A stretch of 64,000 nt of DNA from positions 2,268-66,267 of the forward strand of contig SVAZ01000006.1 of assembly GCA_015059145.1 (NCBI GenBank). Direction: 5' to 3'. Numbering within the stretch: the first letter of the stretch is position 1; every line of letters starts with the position of its first letter. The notes under the pieces are model-generated. The model did not search any database and was not told the DNA's origin. It was given only the letters and a program-made list of their open reading frames with translations. Below are positions 19,360 to 29,538 of the stretch, in pieces. Origin of the DNA: Erysipelotrichaceae bacterium (GTDB taxonomy: Bacteria > Bacillota_I > Bacilli_A > Acholeplasmatales > Anaeroplasmataceae). Position numbers and translations under genes: made by a program.

Positions 19360-20010
19360 TCATAATGTATTTAATAAAGTAAGACTTCCATAATAAATAC
19401 TACTAGCTAGCTTATACTGATAAGCCTTATCCATTAATAATTTTAGCTCTAAAGGATTTGACATAAAGCCACACTCCACCAAGCAGGCTGGTATTGATGC
19501 CTTATTAAGTAAATAGATATTATTTCTTTTTTGAACTATTCTATCAGTATTATTTAAGTATATTTTAATCGATTCCTGAATTCCTTCTGCTAGGGCTTTA
19601 TTATTTGGATTTGCCGTACTATAAAAAACCTGTGCTCCGCTATATTTAGAATTACTATATTTATTTTGGTGTATTGATATACATAAAAAGTAGCTACCGC
19701 TATTAATCATTTTAAGCCTTTTATTCATATCTGTTCGCTTAACAAACTTACCATCACACAAATCATTTTCATCTTCTCTAGTTAGGTCTGCTATAAAACC
19801 ATTATCCTCAAATATAGACTTTAGCTCATATGCAATTTCTAAATTCAAATCATCCTCATTAATATTACCAACTGATGCACCAGCATCCATTCCCCCATGA
19901 CCAGCATCAATTATTACTCTCTTTTCTATATTAGCTATAGATTTATTTGAGGTTATTAATAACGAAAATAAACAAATAATTAAAGCTATCGCTATCAATG
20001 CTTTTTTCAT
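19360..20010 (-). CDS. cwlD: N-acetylmuramoyl-L-alanine amidase, CwlD-like
   Basis: IIDAGHGGMDAG, LTREDENDL, ISIHQN, GAQVFY, LVECGFMSNPLE; single N-terminal TM like CwlD. Confidence 0.8.
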   Translation of the reverse strand: MKKALIAIALIICLFSLLITSNKSIANIEKRVIIDAGHGGMDAGASVGNINEDDLNLEIAYELKSIFEDNGFIADLTREDENDLCDGKFVKRTDMNKRLKMINSGSYFLCISIHQNKYSNSKYSGAQVFYSTANPNNKALAEGIQESIKIYLNNTDRIVQKRNNIYLLNKASIPACLVECGFMSNPLELKLLMDKAYQYKLASSIYYGSLTLLNTL

Positions 20011-20063
20011 AATCTCACCTAATTAAGAATATGAAATAAAAAAAGAAAAATGCCTGAGTATAA

Positions 20064-21041
20064 TCAGGCATTTGTTAATTTGAATTCCTCATAAAAATCT
20101 AAAAATTCATATATCCTATGAAGTGGAATGGCATAAGCCTCTTGAAATAAGTTTCCATCTGTATCCTGCTTTACGGCATAATTAATACCAACAAGCTTAA
20201 GATCTGAATTAAGCAAAGCTCCACCACTAGATCCTAGGTTTATATAGCTACTATGGGCAAGAACCTCAAAATGTACATCAGATTTTGTGTTGTCAACACT
20301 TAGCTCAGGTCCTATTACATAATCTGACATAACTCCATAGGTGATTGTGTTAGGAATTCCACCAGGACGACCTACCGATAAAATATCCTCACCTATATTA
20401 TAGCCATCAGCAAATTCTATTTCCTCTAAATCGCTACCAAATGGTTTACATTCAAATATTGCTAAATCATAATCACTTCTTTCGAAAACTAGCGTTGCCA
20501 CATTACAATTTCCCAAGTAATCATATGCAAAAAATCTTATGTTATTAAAGCCATAGCTTGGTAAAGATAAATGACTATTAGAAAGCAAATAATACCTATT
20601 ATCAGTCATTTCTAGAATAACTCCACTTCCCCAGCTATATCTTGTTAGAAAGCGATTAAAGTATTCTATTTTAATTCCCACGTGTGACTTTAATCCACCA
20701 GCTTGCAGGATGGCATTAATTTTATCCTGATCTAAGGTATACTTGCCATAAATAGTAGTATCTTCGTATATTTTTTTATTGAAATTAAATTTAGTCACAT
20801 ATTCCTCATCCTTATACCAATTGTCAAAGATATAATTATTTTTTTCTACTAATTCTGGCTTTGAAGTCTTCTTTCCTTTTTCAATTTCAATAGTAATTGG
20901 ATCGCCAGCATTACCATAATCATATGTTATAGAAATCATCTCAGATGGTTCATTAGAGCTGTTACAAGAGGAAATGGAAAAAAATAGTAATATAAAAAAT
21001 ACTATCAAAAAAACTATTTTACTCCTCATCTTAAACTTCAT
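20064..21041 (-). CDS. Lipoprotein trypsin-like serine protease with InlB B-repeat-like domain
   Basis: Lipobox-like SISSC; FDNWYKD...FNF B-repeat; triad SNSH, YDLAI, GSSGGAL. Confidence 0.82.
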   Translation of the reverse strand: MKFKMRSKIVFLIVFFILLFFSISSCNSSNEPSEMISITYDYGNAGDPITIEIEKGKKTSKPELVEKNNYIFDNWYKDEEYVTKFNFNKKIYEDTTIYGKYTLDQDKINAILQAGGLKSHVGIKIEYFNRFLTRYSWGSGVILEMTDNRYYLLSNSHLSLPSYGFNNIRFFAYDYLGNCNVATLVFERSDYDLAIFECKPFGSDLEEIEFADGYNIGEDILSVGRPGGIPNTITYGVMSDYVIGPELSVDNTKSDVHFEVLAHSSYINLGSSGGALLNSDLKLVGINYAVKQDTDGNLFQEAYAIPLHRIYEFLDFYEEFKLTNA

Positions 21042-21131
21042 AGCACCGTACCATCCCTTAATTATATTATATAAATAAATGATATACCTTTCAAGAAAAA
21101 AAAGGAAGAATTCCTTCTTCCTTAATCTAAA

Positions 21132-22526
21132 TTACTTTTTTGATTTAATATATTCATCAATACCTTGTGCAGCTGTCTTACCAGCACCCATTGCTAAAAT
21201 AACTGTTGCAGCACCTGTAACTGCATCTCCACCAGCGTATACGCCTTCCTTAGATGTAGCTGCAGCCTCATTGACAATAATACCTCCCCAAGACTCTGTG
21301 TCTAATCCTGGAGTTGTAGCCTTAATTAATGGGTTAGGGCTAGTACCTAAAGACATAATTACACAATCAACCTCTAAATCAAATTCGCTATTTTCTTTAA
21401 CAACTGGACGTCTTCTACCAGAAGCATCAGGCTCACCTAATGTCATTTCAACACACTTCATAGCTGAAACAGTACCAGTTTCATCACCGCTAATTGAAAT
21501 AGGATTTGTTAATACCTTGAAGATAATTCCTTCCTCTTCAGCATGCTCAACCTCTTCGTGTCTTGCAGGTAATTCCTCCATACCACGACGATATACGATA
21601 TATACGTTTTCAGCACCTAAGCGCTTAGCACATCTTGCAGCATCCATAGCTACGTTACCTCCACCGACAACTGCAACATTCTTGCTAATCTTAATTGGTG
21701 TAGTGCTATCTGGCTGATAAGCCTTCATTAGGTTTACACGAGTTAAGAACTCATTAGCTGAATATACACCCTTAAGATTTTCACCAGGAATATTCATAAA
21801 CTTAGGTAAACCAGCACCACTACCTACGAATACAGCCTCAAAGCCATATTCATTAATTAATTCATCAATAGAAATAGTTCTACCGATAACCATATTTGTT
21901 TCAACCTTAACTCCTAAAGCCTTAAGACCATCAATTTCCTTTTGAACGATTGCCTTAGGTAAACGGAATTCAGGAATACCATAAACTAAAACACCACCAG
22001 CTAAGTGTAATGCTTCAAAAATAGTAACCTCATAGCCTAATTTTGCTAAGTCACCAGCACATGTTAATCCTGCAGGACCAGAACCAACGATAGCAACCTT
22101 ATGTCCGTTAGACTCAGGCTTATTTGGAGCCTCCTTAGCATTTGCATTGTGCCAATCGGCAACGAATCTTTCTAATCTACCGATACCTACTGGCTCACCC
22201 TTAATTCCTCTTACACATTGTCCCTCACATTGTGATTCCTGTGGGCAAACACGACCACATACTGCTGGTAATGATGAAGACTTAGAAATAACATTATAAG
22301 CCTCCTCAAAGCGTCCCTCAGCTACATGTGCAATAAATTCAGGGATGTGAATATGTACAGGACATCCACCCATACATTTAGGATTTTTACATTGAAGACA
22401 ACGCTTTGCCTCATCTATAGCAATATCCTCAGTATAGCCTGTTGCTACCTCTAGGAAATTTTTATTACGTACATTTGGATCCTGTGAAGGCATAGGATTC
22501 TTCTTTAAGCTCATATTAAATGCCAT
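21132..22526 (-). CDS. nfnB: NfnB/SudA-type flavoprotein (glutamate synthase small-subunit homologue)
   Basis: RCLQCKNPKCMGGCP, CGRVCPQE, GSGPAG, YGIPEFRLP, GGGNVAMDAAR, AGGDAVTG; paired with an NfnA homologue. Confidence 0.88.
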   Translation of the reverse strand: MAFNMSLKKNPMPSQDPNVRNKNFLEVATGYTEDIAIDEAKRCLQCKNPKCMGGCPVHIHIPEFIAHVAEGRFEEAYNVISKSSSLPAVCGRVCPQESQCEGQCVRGIKGEPVGIGRLERFVADWHNANAKEAPNKPESNGHKVAIVGSGPAGLTCAGDLAKLGYEVTIFEALHLAGGVLVYGIPEFRLPKAIVQKEIDGLKALGVKVETNMVIGRTISIDELINEYGFEAVFVGSGAGLPKFMNIPGENLKGVYSANEFLTRVNLMKAYQPDSTTPIKISKNVAVVGGGNVAMDAARCAKRLGAENVYIVYRRGMEELPARHEEVEHAEEEGIIFKVLTNPISISGDETGTVSAMKCVEMTLGEPDASGRRRPVVKENSEFDLEVDCVIMSLGTSPNPLIKATTPGLDTESWGGIIVNEAAATSKEGVYAGGDAVTGAATVILAMGAGKTAAQGIDEYIKSKK

Positions 22527-22528
22527 GA

Positions 22529-23371
22529 TTACTTAACCTCCTTCTTATAAAGGTTACATGCTTCCTCACGAGCATGAGCCTCAAATTCAGTATAGCTTCT
22601 ACCACGAGACATTGCCTCATCGAAGTCTACCTCAAAACCATCAAAATCTGGACCATCAACGCAAGCGAACTTAGTCTTTCCACCTACTGTTAATCTACAT
22701 CCACCGCACATTCCTGTACCATCAATCATAATTGGATTCATAGATACAACTGTCTTTATATTAAATGGCTTAGTTGTTGCAACAACGAACTTCATCATGA
22801 TAAGTGGTCCAATTGCGATAACCTCATCATAATTTTCACCACTCTCGATTAATTCCTTAAGTGGAGCTGTAACAACACCCTTTTGTCCATAAGAGCCATC
22901 ATCAGTCATTAAGAACAATTTATCGGATACAGCCTTGAATTCATTTTCAAGAATTACTAAATCCTTATTTCTAAAGCCGACAATTGAGTGAACCTCGCAG
23001 CCTTGCTCATGAAGCTTCTTAGCAACTGGGTAAGCGATAGCACAACCAACACCACCACCTACAACTGCAACCTTCTTTAATCCTTCAGTATGTGTAGGAA
23101 CACCTAATGGACCAACAAAGTCTTGGATGTAATCACCCTCGTTAAGTGAATTTAAATGAATAGTTGATCCACCAACGATTTGGAAAATAATTGTTATAGT
23201 TCCCTTCTTTCGATCATAATCAGCTACTGTTAAAGGAATTCTTTCTCCCTTCTCATCAACTCTTAAAATGATGAATTGACCTGCTTGTGCCTTCTTAGCT
23301 ACAAATGGAGCATCAATTTCCATTAATGTAACTGTAGGATTTAAAGCAACCTTTTTTACAATCTTAAACAT
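22529..23371 (-). CDS. nfnA: NfnA/SudB-type FAD/[2Fe-2S] subunit
   Basis: AGQFIILR, ERIPLT, GPLG, MIDGTGMCGGCR, FACVDGPDFD; start ATG 23371. Confidence 0.9.
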   Translation of the reverse strand: MFKIVKKVALNPTVTLMEIDAPFVAKKAQAGQFIILRVDEKGERIPLTVADYDRKKGTITIIFQIVGGSTIHLNSLNEGDYIQDFVGPLGVPTHTEGLKKVAVVGGGVGCAIAYPVAKKLHEQGCEVHSIVGFRNKDLVILENEFKAVSDKLFLMTDDGSYGQKGVVTAPLKELIESGENYDEVIAIGPLIMMKFVVATTKPFNIKTVVSMNPIMIDGTGMCGGCRLTVGGKTKFACVDGPDFDGFEVDFDEAMSRGRSYTEFEAHAREEACNLYKKEVK

Positions 23372-23384
23372 TCTTTTATCTCCT

Positions 23385-24236
23385 TTATTTCTTATTGATT
23401 GACATAGCAACCTTATATAATGAACCAAATAATGCGCCAGGCTTATCAAAGCATAGCATTCTAAGCGAATGCTTACCCTTCCTTATTAAAACCCTATCTA
23501 AAGGTTTTATTTCATAGCTCTCACAGCCATCAATTTCTAACAAGGCAGTCTCAGATGCATCTGATAGCATCAGAGTAATGATTTCCTCATCATCATATAC
23601 AACTGGTGAGAAGGCTTTAAATTGTGGACTTATAGGTGTTAATACAAAGCATTTTGTTGAAGGTAACAGCAATGGACCTCCACAGCTTAAATTATAAGCT
23701 GATGAGCCTGTTGGAGTAGATATTACAACACCATCGCAATAAAACTTATTTTCAGGCGAATCATTTATTTTTGCAGTTACACCTAAAATTTTACGAGATG
23801 CACCTCTACGCAAGGACATATCGTTATAAGCAACTATACTCTTTGAATCACCATTTTCAAAATATATAGAAATATCTAGAACACTTCTATTCTCTATTCG
23901 ATATTTCGATTTTGTGATATTTAAAATATAATCCTTATAGTCCGATAGCTCAGCATATGCTAAAGCCCCAACCCTTCCAAGATTGATACCTAAAAATGGA
24001 ATAGCGTATTTTGCATACCTTCTAGCATAATTGATAATAGTTCCATCTCCACCTAGAATAATGGAAACATCCATTTTTTCAAGGTCCTCATCTGCTACCA
24101 TAAGGCAGCCATCAATCAGATAATTCTTATCCTCAACATAAACCTTAAAATTATTTTCTAGAAGAAATCCTATGACCTCTTTACCAATTATTGCATCAGT
24201 ATCCTTCGTGCTATTCACTATGAATAATGCATTCAT
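23385..24236 (-). CDS. nadK: NAD kinase
   Basis: LGGDGT, GINLGRVG, YND, DGVVISTPTGSSAYNLSCGGP. Confidence 0.95.
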   Translation of the reverse strand: MNALFIVNSTKDTDAIIGKEVIGFLLENNFKVYVEDKNYLIDGCLMVADEDLEKMDVSIILGGDGTIINYARRYAKYAIPFLGINLGRVGALAYAELSDYKDYILNITKSKYRIENRSVLDISIYFENGDSKSIVAYNDMSLRRGASRKILGVTAKINDSPENKFYCDGVVISTPTGSSAYNLSCGGPLLLPSTKCFVLTPISPQFKAFSPVVYDDEEIITLMLSDASETALLEIDGCESYEIKPLDRVLIRKGKHSLRMLCFDKPGALFGSLYKVAMSINKK

Positions 24237-24400
24237 AATTTCCACCACTCAAACCTTTTAGCATCTATTAGGACACCTAAAGCCCTAACATAACTATTAT
24301 ACTATTATATAGTATATTTGTAAATATTACATAATTCATTTTTGTCTAAATATGTTTTAAATAAATGACTGAATGAGGGCTCTCATTCAGTCATAAAAAT

Positions 24401-25393
24401 TTACTTCTTATATGCATTTGAAATTAAGGCTGCATCACATAACGCAATAGCAAGGCATGCCTCTAAAACTACCATAGCTCTTAATATAATAGCTGCGTCA
24501 TGTCTACCCTCAATTATAAGCTCCTCAACCCTTCCATTTTTAAAATTGAAGGTATCCTGAGCTACACCAATTGAAGGCGTTGGCTTAACAAATACTCTAA
24601 CATCTATATCATTACCATTAGAAATGCCACCATTTATACCACCATTATTATTAGTCTTAGTAGTGCCGCTTTCATTAATTATACAATCATTAAAGCTACT
24701 TCCATTTAATTTAGCACCTTCAAAGCCTATACCAAATTCAACACCCTTTACTCCACCAATAGAGAATAATAAGTGTGAAATTGTAGATTCTAAAGAATCA
24801 AAATATGGCTCGCCTAATCCTACTGGAACATTTTTAGCCTTAAGTGAAACAACACCACCAACACTATCATGTGCTTCAATTACCTTATCTAATATCTCAT
24901 TAAATTTAGTAGTATCAGTGCATCCACCTAAATTAGCAAGCTTAGTTTCAAATTGTACCCCATCAAGCATCTTCTTTGCCACAACACCTGCAGCAACTAT
25001 ACCTAGTGTTAAACGTGCAGAGAAATGTCCACCACCACGATAATCATTATAGCCATTATATTTTTCATGAGCTGTATAATCTGAATGTGATGGTCTTGGA
25101 TGATTCACTAAATTTGAATAATCCTTGCTTTTAGTATTAGTATTTAAAAATCTAAGTAATACAGGGGCACCTGTTGTTAAATCATTAAATACACCAGATT
25201 CAATAATAATTTCATCAGCCTCTATTCTTGGAGTTGTACCCTTACCACCAGATTTTCTTCTTATTAAATCAGCCTTAAAATCCTCACTAGTAAGATGCAT
25301 ACCTGGCTTAACACCATCTAATAATATACCTACACCAGCACCATGGCTTTCTCCAAAAATACTTATTCTAAATAATCTTCCGAAGCTATTCAT
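24401..25393 (-). CDS. aroC: Chorismate synthase
   Basis: FGESHG, RPSHSD, RGGGHFSAR, GGINGGISNG, KPTPSI, GRHD. Confidence 0.97.
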   Translation of the reverse strand: MNSFGRLFRISIFGESHGAGVGILLDGVKPGMHLTSEDFKADLIRRKSGGKGTTPRIEADEIIIESGVFNDLTTGAPVLLRFLNTNTKSKDYSNLVNHPRPSHSDYTAHEKYNGYNDYRGGGHFSARLTLGIVAAGVVAKKMLDGVQFETKLANLGGCTDTTKFNEILDKVIEAHDSVGGVVSLKAKNVPVGLGEPYFDSLESTISHLLFSIGGVKGVEFGIGFEGAKLNGSSFNDCIINESGTTKTNNNGGINGGISNGNDIDVRVFVKPTPSIGVAQDTFNFKNGRVEELIIEGRHDAAIILRAMVVLEACLAIALCDAALISNAYKK

Positions 25394-26157
25394 AACATCA
25401 TCTCAATTCTTTTTAATAAATCTTTTACCTCATTGCTATAGCATTTATCCTGCCATATTTCTTCAGCCTTTATTGCTTGTCCTACAAGCATAAATAATCC
25501 ATTCATATTAGATTTAGCATCAGCTAAAAGCTTAGTAACTCTAGGATTAAAAATAATATCAACTACATTTTTAGCTTTCTTTGTGATCTTTTCATCAAGT
25601 GGTGATGCATCAACATTAGGATACATCCCAACTGGAGTTGTATTAACAATTAAATCAATATTTCTTTTAGCTAATTCATCATATGTAATTGTATTATCAT
25701 TTTTTGGATTTCTAGATACATATAAAGCATTCCCTCCTAAATCAATTAACGCTTTATATACAGCAAGTGATGCTCCACCTGTACCTAAAATATAACAATC
25801 CTTATTTTTAACCTCAACCTTGTAATAAACTAATTCATTATAAAATCCATAATAATCAGTATTAAAACCAACAATCTTACCATTGATGCTAGCAACAGTA
25901 TTTACACTACCTATGGCCTTCGCCTCAGGAGAAATTTCATCTAAATACTTGATAACCTCAACCTTATAAGGAATTGTTACATTAAACCCTTGAAATTCGC
26001 CCATTCTTAGCTTTTTTATTGCATCAGGAAGCTTATCCCTTTCTACCTCTAAAAGCTCGTATGTGGCTTCAATTCCCATATCCTTAAATATTTCCTTATG
26101 AATCATAGGAGAATAGCTATGAGATAGCTTTTCACCTAATAAAGCATACCTTTTCAT
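25390..26157 (-). CDS. aroE: Shikimate dehydrogenase
   Basis: HSYSPMIH, GFNVTIPYK, GSVNT, NTDYYG, GTGGA. Confidence 0.96.
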   Translation of the reverse strand: MKRYALLGEKLSHSYSPMIHKEIFKDMGIEATYELLEVERDKLPDAIKKLRMGEFQGFNVTIPYKVEVIKYLDEISPEAKAIGSVNTVASINGKIVGFNTDYYGFYNELVYYKVEVKNKDCYILGTGGASLAVYKALIDLGGNALYVSRNPKNDNTITYDELAKRNIDLIVNTTPVGMYPNVDASPLDEKITKKAKNVVDIIFNPRVTKLLADAKSNMNGLFMLVGQAIKAEEIWQDKCYSNEVKDLLKRIEMML

Positions 26158-26429
26158 TACTTGATCAAATCCTTTTGATAATCCTTAGAGGCTGTTAGCA
26201 TTCCTTCAATAAATGTTAAATAATATTCCTCTAATTCCTTATTATTTAAAATCTTTAAATTCTTTTCCTTTAATAAATTCTCTCTTTTTTGATCTAAAAT
26301 AGGAAGGTTGTTGTCGCTTTTATATTCTGCAACCATTTTTGCAGCTTCCATTCTTTTAATAAAAAGCTCAATCATTTTTGCATCAACATCATTAATAATT
26401 TCTCTTGCTAATTCTAGCTTAGTCTTCAT
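26157..26429 (-). CDS. Chorismate mutase type II, stand-alone
   Basis: LAREIINDVDAKMIELFIKR...ILDQKRE; start ATG 26429 overlaps the aroA stop. Confidence 0.9.
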   Translation of the reverse strand: MKTKLELAREIINDVDAKMIELFIKRMEAAKMVAEYKSDNNLPILDQKRENLLKEKNLKILNNKELEEYYLTFIEGMLTASKDYQKDLIK

Positions 26430-27684
26430 AAGTAACATTACCTCCAATAGACTCAAATACTTCCCAGAAATTAGGATAAGACTTAGATACACATTCTGCA
26501 TTTATAATCTTAATATCTCCGGTTGACTTAAGAGATGCCATCGCAATAGCCATAGCTACTCTATGATCATTATGTGAATCAATAACACCACCAGTAAGCT
26601 TATCTACTCCTGTTATAATCATTCCATCAGGATTTTCCTCTATCTTAGCACCTAGCTTAGCTAGCTCATCCTTCATACAAGTGATTCTATCACATTCCTT
26701 AATTCTTAATCTAGCTGCATTTATAAATTCAGTAACACCACTAGACAAAGCCGCTAAAACAGTAAGAGCAGGTCCTAAATCTGGTGATTGTGCAAAATCA
26801 ATTACACAGCCCTTAGTTTGAACCGGATAAGCCTTTAGCTTATCGTCCTCAAACGTAATTTTACCACCTAAATCTAAAACATCCTGAATAATTTTCTTAT
26901 CACCCTGATGAGAATCCTTATTCATTGCATGAAGAGTAATATCAGCACCTAATGTGTCAGCCACTAAAAAGAATGCTGATTGTGAGAAATCACCTTCAAT
27001 TGTATAATCAGCAGGCTCATAGCTTTGATTACCCTTTATTATAAAGCTCTTATAATCAACATTTTCTATTACAATACCAAATTTTTTTAACATATCTAAA
27101 GTCAAATCAACATATCCCTTAGATTCTAAATTTGTAGTAATATTTATAACACTATCACCATTTAATAATGGCAGTGCATATAAAAGACCAGTTATAAATT
27201 GTGAAGAAATATCTCCTCTAATATTAAACTGTCCTGGCCTTAAGCCACCATTAACCTTTAAAGGTAAATAATCCTCACCTCTAGAATACTCTATTCCCTG
27301 ATTATCAAAGATTTCAAAGAAAGTATCTAATGGTCTTTTACATAAATGATTTTTTCCAGTGAAGGTAATAGGCTCATTTACTGCTAAAGCAATAGGAATC
27401 ATAAAACGAATTGTAGATCCAGATTCATTTGCGTCTATTACATCATCTACTCTTTTAACATCACTACCAATAATCTCTAAGTGATCCTTATATTCAGTTA
27501 TATTAGCACCACAGGCTCTCATTGCACCAATTGTAGCTTTTATGTCCTTAGAATATAAAACATTAGAAATAATGCTTTTACCTTTAGCTAAGGAAGCAGC
27601 AATAATTGCACGATGTGATAAGCTTTTTGATGGTGGAATAATTACATCCCCACTTAGCTTACCAGGCTTAATTATAACATTCAT
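26419..27684 (-). CDS. aroA: EPSP synthase
   Basis: PPSKSLSHR, ESGSTIR, ISSQF, RIKECDR, DHRVAM, KSYP. Confidence 0.97.
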   Translation of the reverse strand: MNVIIKPGKLSGDVIIPPSKSLSHRAIIAASLAKGKSIISNVLYSKDIKATIGAMRACGANITEYKDHLEIIGSDVKRVDDVIDANESGSTIRFMIPIALAVNEPITFTGKNHLCKRPLDTFFEIFDNQGIEYSRGEDYLPLKVNGGLRPGQFNIRGDISSQFITGLLYALPLLNGDSVINITTNLESKGYVDLTLDMLKKFGIVIENVDYKSFIIKGNQSYEPADYTIEGDFSQSAFFLVADTLGADITLHAMNKDSHQGDKKIIQDVLDLGGKITFEDDKLKAYPVQTKGCVIDFAQSPDLGPALTVLAALSSGVTEFINAARLRIKECDRITCMKDELAKLGAKIEENPDGMIITGVDKLTGGVIDSHNDHRVAMAIAMASLKSTGDIKIINAECVSKSYPNFWEVFESIGGNVTYED

Positions 27685-28709
27685 TAAAATCTCTCCTTGA
27701 TTTCCTCTTCTGTAAGCTTATAGATAACACACTTCCCAAGCTCAGTTAGGAAAATAAAATTAATTGTTCCAGCAATATTCTTTTTATCAAACAATATGTC
27801 CTTTAAATATTCCTTATAATCATAATGCTCGATTGGTAAATTATAAAGCTTTAATACCTTTAAAATATCATTATAGCATGACTTATCAGTAACACCTAAA
27901 TCAACACCCATATTTATTGCCATAAGCATACCAATAGCTACTGCTTCTCCATGCTTATAGCCATATTTAAGCTCTATTGCATGACCAAATGTATGTCCAA
28001 AATTTAAAGTCATTCTTTCCTTTAAATCAAATTCATCAAGCTCAACAACTCTCTTTTTAACAGTTAAGCTTTCATAAATAATATCCTCTGTAATCTTAGG
28101 CTTATTATCAAGCATCTTTAAAAGCTTATAATTTCCTATAGCTCCATGCTTAATTAACTCACCCATACCATTATTAAATTCTCTTTCATCTAATGTATCT
28201 AATGTTTTAGGATCAATTAAAACCATAGAAGGCTGCTTAAATGCCCCCAATATATTTTTTCTACCAGCAAAATCAATACCAGTTTTACCACCAATAGATG
28301 AATCCATTTGACTTAATAATGATGTAGGTATACCAACATAAGGAATACCTCTATAAAGCGTTGCAGCAACAAAGCCACATAAATCACCAATTACACCACC
28401 GCCTAAGGCAAGTAATAAATGGTTTCTTTTAATGCCCTTTTCAATTAGCTGCTCACATACTGATGCATAGGTAGATATGCTTTTAGATTCCTCTCCATTT
28501 GGAATAACAACATAATCAACATCAAAATCATTTCTTAAAGAATCTAAAGCCTGATTTAAATATAGACCCTCTACCTTATCATCAGTAAGAATATATATTT
28601 TCTTATTTTTATAAATCTCTTTAATATAAAAAGAAAGATGGGAAAGTAATCCATCTTCAATTATAATTTTATAAGCACTGTTGCTTAGTTTTATTTCTAG
28701 CTGTCTCAC
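27684..28709 (-). CDS. aroB: 3-dehydroquinate synthase
   Basis: LGGGVIGD, DSSIGGKTG, ELIKH, LNFGHTFGHAIE, HGEAV. Confidence 0.97.
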   Translation of the reverse strand: MRQLEIKLSNSAYKIIIEDGLLSHLSFYIKEIYKNKKIYILTDDKVEGLYLNQALDSLRNDFDVDYVVIPNGEESKSISTYASVCEQLIEKGIKRNHLLLALGGGVIGDLCGFVAATLYRGIPYVGIPTSLLSQMDSSIGGKTGIDFAGRKNILGAFKQPSMVLIDPKTLDTLDEREFNNGMGELIKHGAIGNYKLLKMLDNKPKITEDIIYESLTVKKRVVELDEFDLKERMTLNFGHTFGHAIELKYGYKHGEAVAIGMLMAINMGVDLGVTDKSCYNDILKVLKLYNLPIEHYDYKEYLKDILFDKKNIAGTINFIFLTELGKCVIYKLTEEEIKERF

Positions 28710-29536
28710 TTTTCCATCTCTTTTCTAATTTTAGTTGATGATATAAACAATTCCTTTAATGCTCCCTTATCATTTGATATTAAAGCGTCCTTAAGCCTTG
28801 AAAGCTCAAGCTCAAAGGAATTTATATGCTTAACTAAATAATCCTTATTTTCTAAAAATAACTCACTCCATAAATTTTCATTAATCATCGCAATTCTTGT
28901 TAGGTCACGATAAGAATCTCCAATGAAATTCTTTGTGTCCGAATCGTGATCGCTATTAACTAATGAAACTGCAATAGCATGAGTTAATTGACTAGTAAAT
29001 CCAATCATTTCGTCATGGCGCTCATAATCCATTAACGAAATTCTAAAAAAACCCAAATCAACACCTAAACCTTTAATAACATCTACAGCATTTGCTGGAG
29101 TACTATCAGATGGAGTAATTAAAAAATTAGCCCCTTCAAAAATACATTCCTTAGAGTACTCAATCCCTATTTTTTCTCTACCAGCCATCGGATGGTGAGA
29201 GCAATATACTGCAGGGTATGCAAGCCTTTCAGCCTCTTTAATAAATGATGACTTAACGCCACAAACGTCAGTAATAATTTGACTTGGCTTGAAGTATTTA
29301 TTATTATCCTTTAAAAAGCTTAAAATAGCCTGTGGATAAATAGATAATACAATGATATCTACGATAGGAATAAAATCCATTGCATCCACGCTTCCATCAA
29401 CTATATAATTATTATCCCTAGCATAATTTATAGAATTAATATTTGTGTCGCAGCCATATACCTCATGGCCCTTATTGGATAATCTATATGCATAAGCCCC
29501 ACCAATGAGACCTAAGCCAACTACCAATACCTTCAT
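28706..29536 (-). CDS. tyrA: Prephenate dehydrogenase
   Basis: VGLGLIGG, TDVCGVK, HPMAGRE, HDEMIGFTSQLTH, RDLTRIA. Confidence 0.95.
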   Translation of the reverse strand: MKVLVVGLGLIGGAYAYRLSNKGHEVYGCDTNINSINYARDNNYIVDGSVDAMDFIPIVDIIVLSIYPQAILSFLKDNNKYFKPSQIITDVCGVKSSFIKEAERLAYPAVYCSHHPMAGREKIGIEYSKECIFEGANFLITPSDSTPANAVDVIKGLGVDLGFFRISLMDYERHDEMIGFTSQLTHAIAVSLVNSDHDSDTKNFIGDSYRDLTRIAMINENLWSELFLENKDYLVKHINSFELELSRLKDALISNDKGALKELFISSTKIRKEMEK

Positions 29537-29538
29537 AA

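Noticed and set aside
21079-21717. 212-aa plus-strand ORF, and the other plus-strand ORFs lying antisense to known genes (9028, 14020, 15151, 24624, 25125, 32239, 41023, 45415, 53112, 61549 etc.)
   Set aside because: They are shadows of well-supported opposite-strand genes, with no RBS or motifs recognised.
21132-22526. Glutamate synthase call
   Set aside because: No large subunit nearby; pairing with an NfnA homologue fits NfnAB better.
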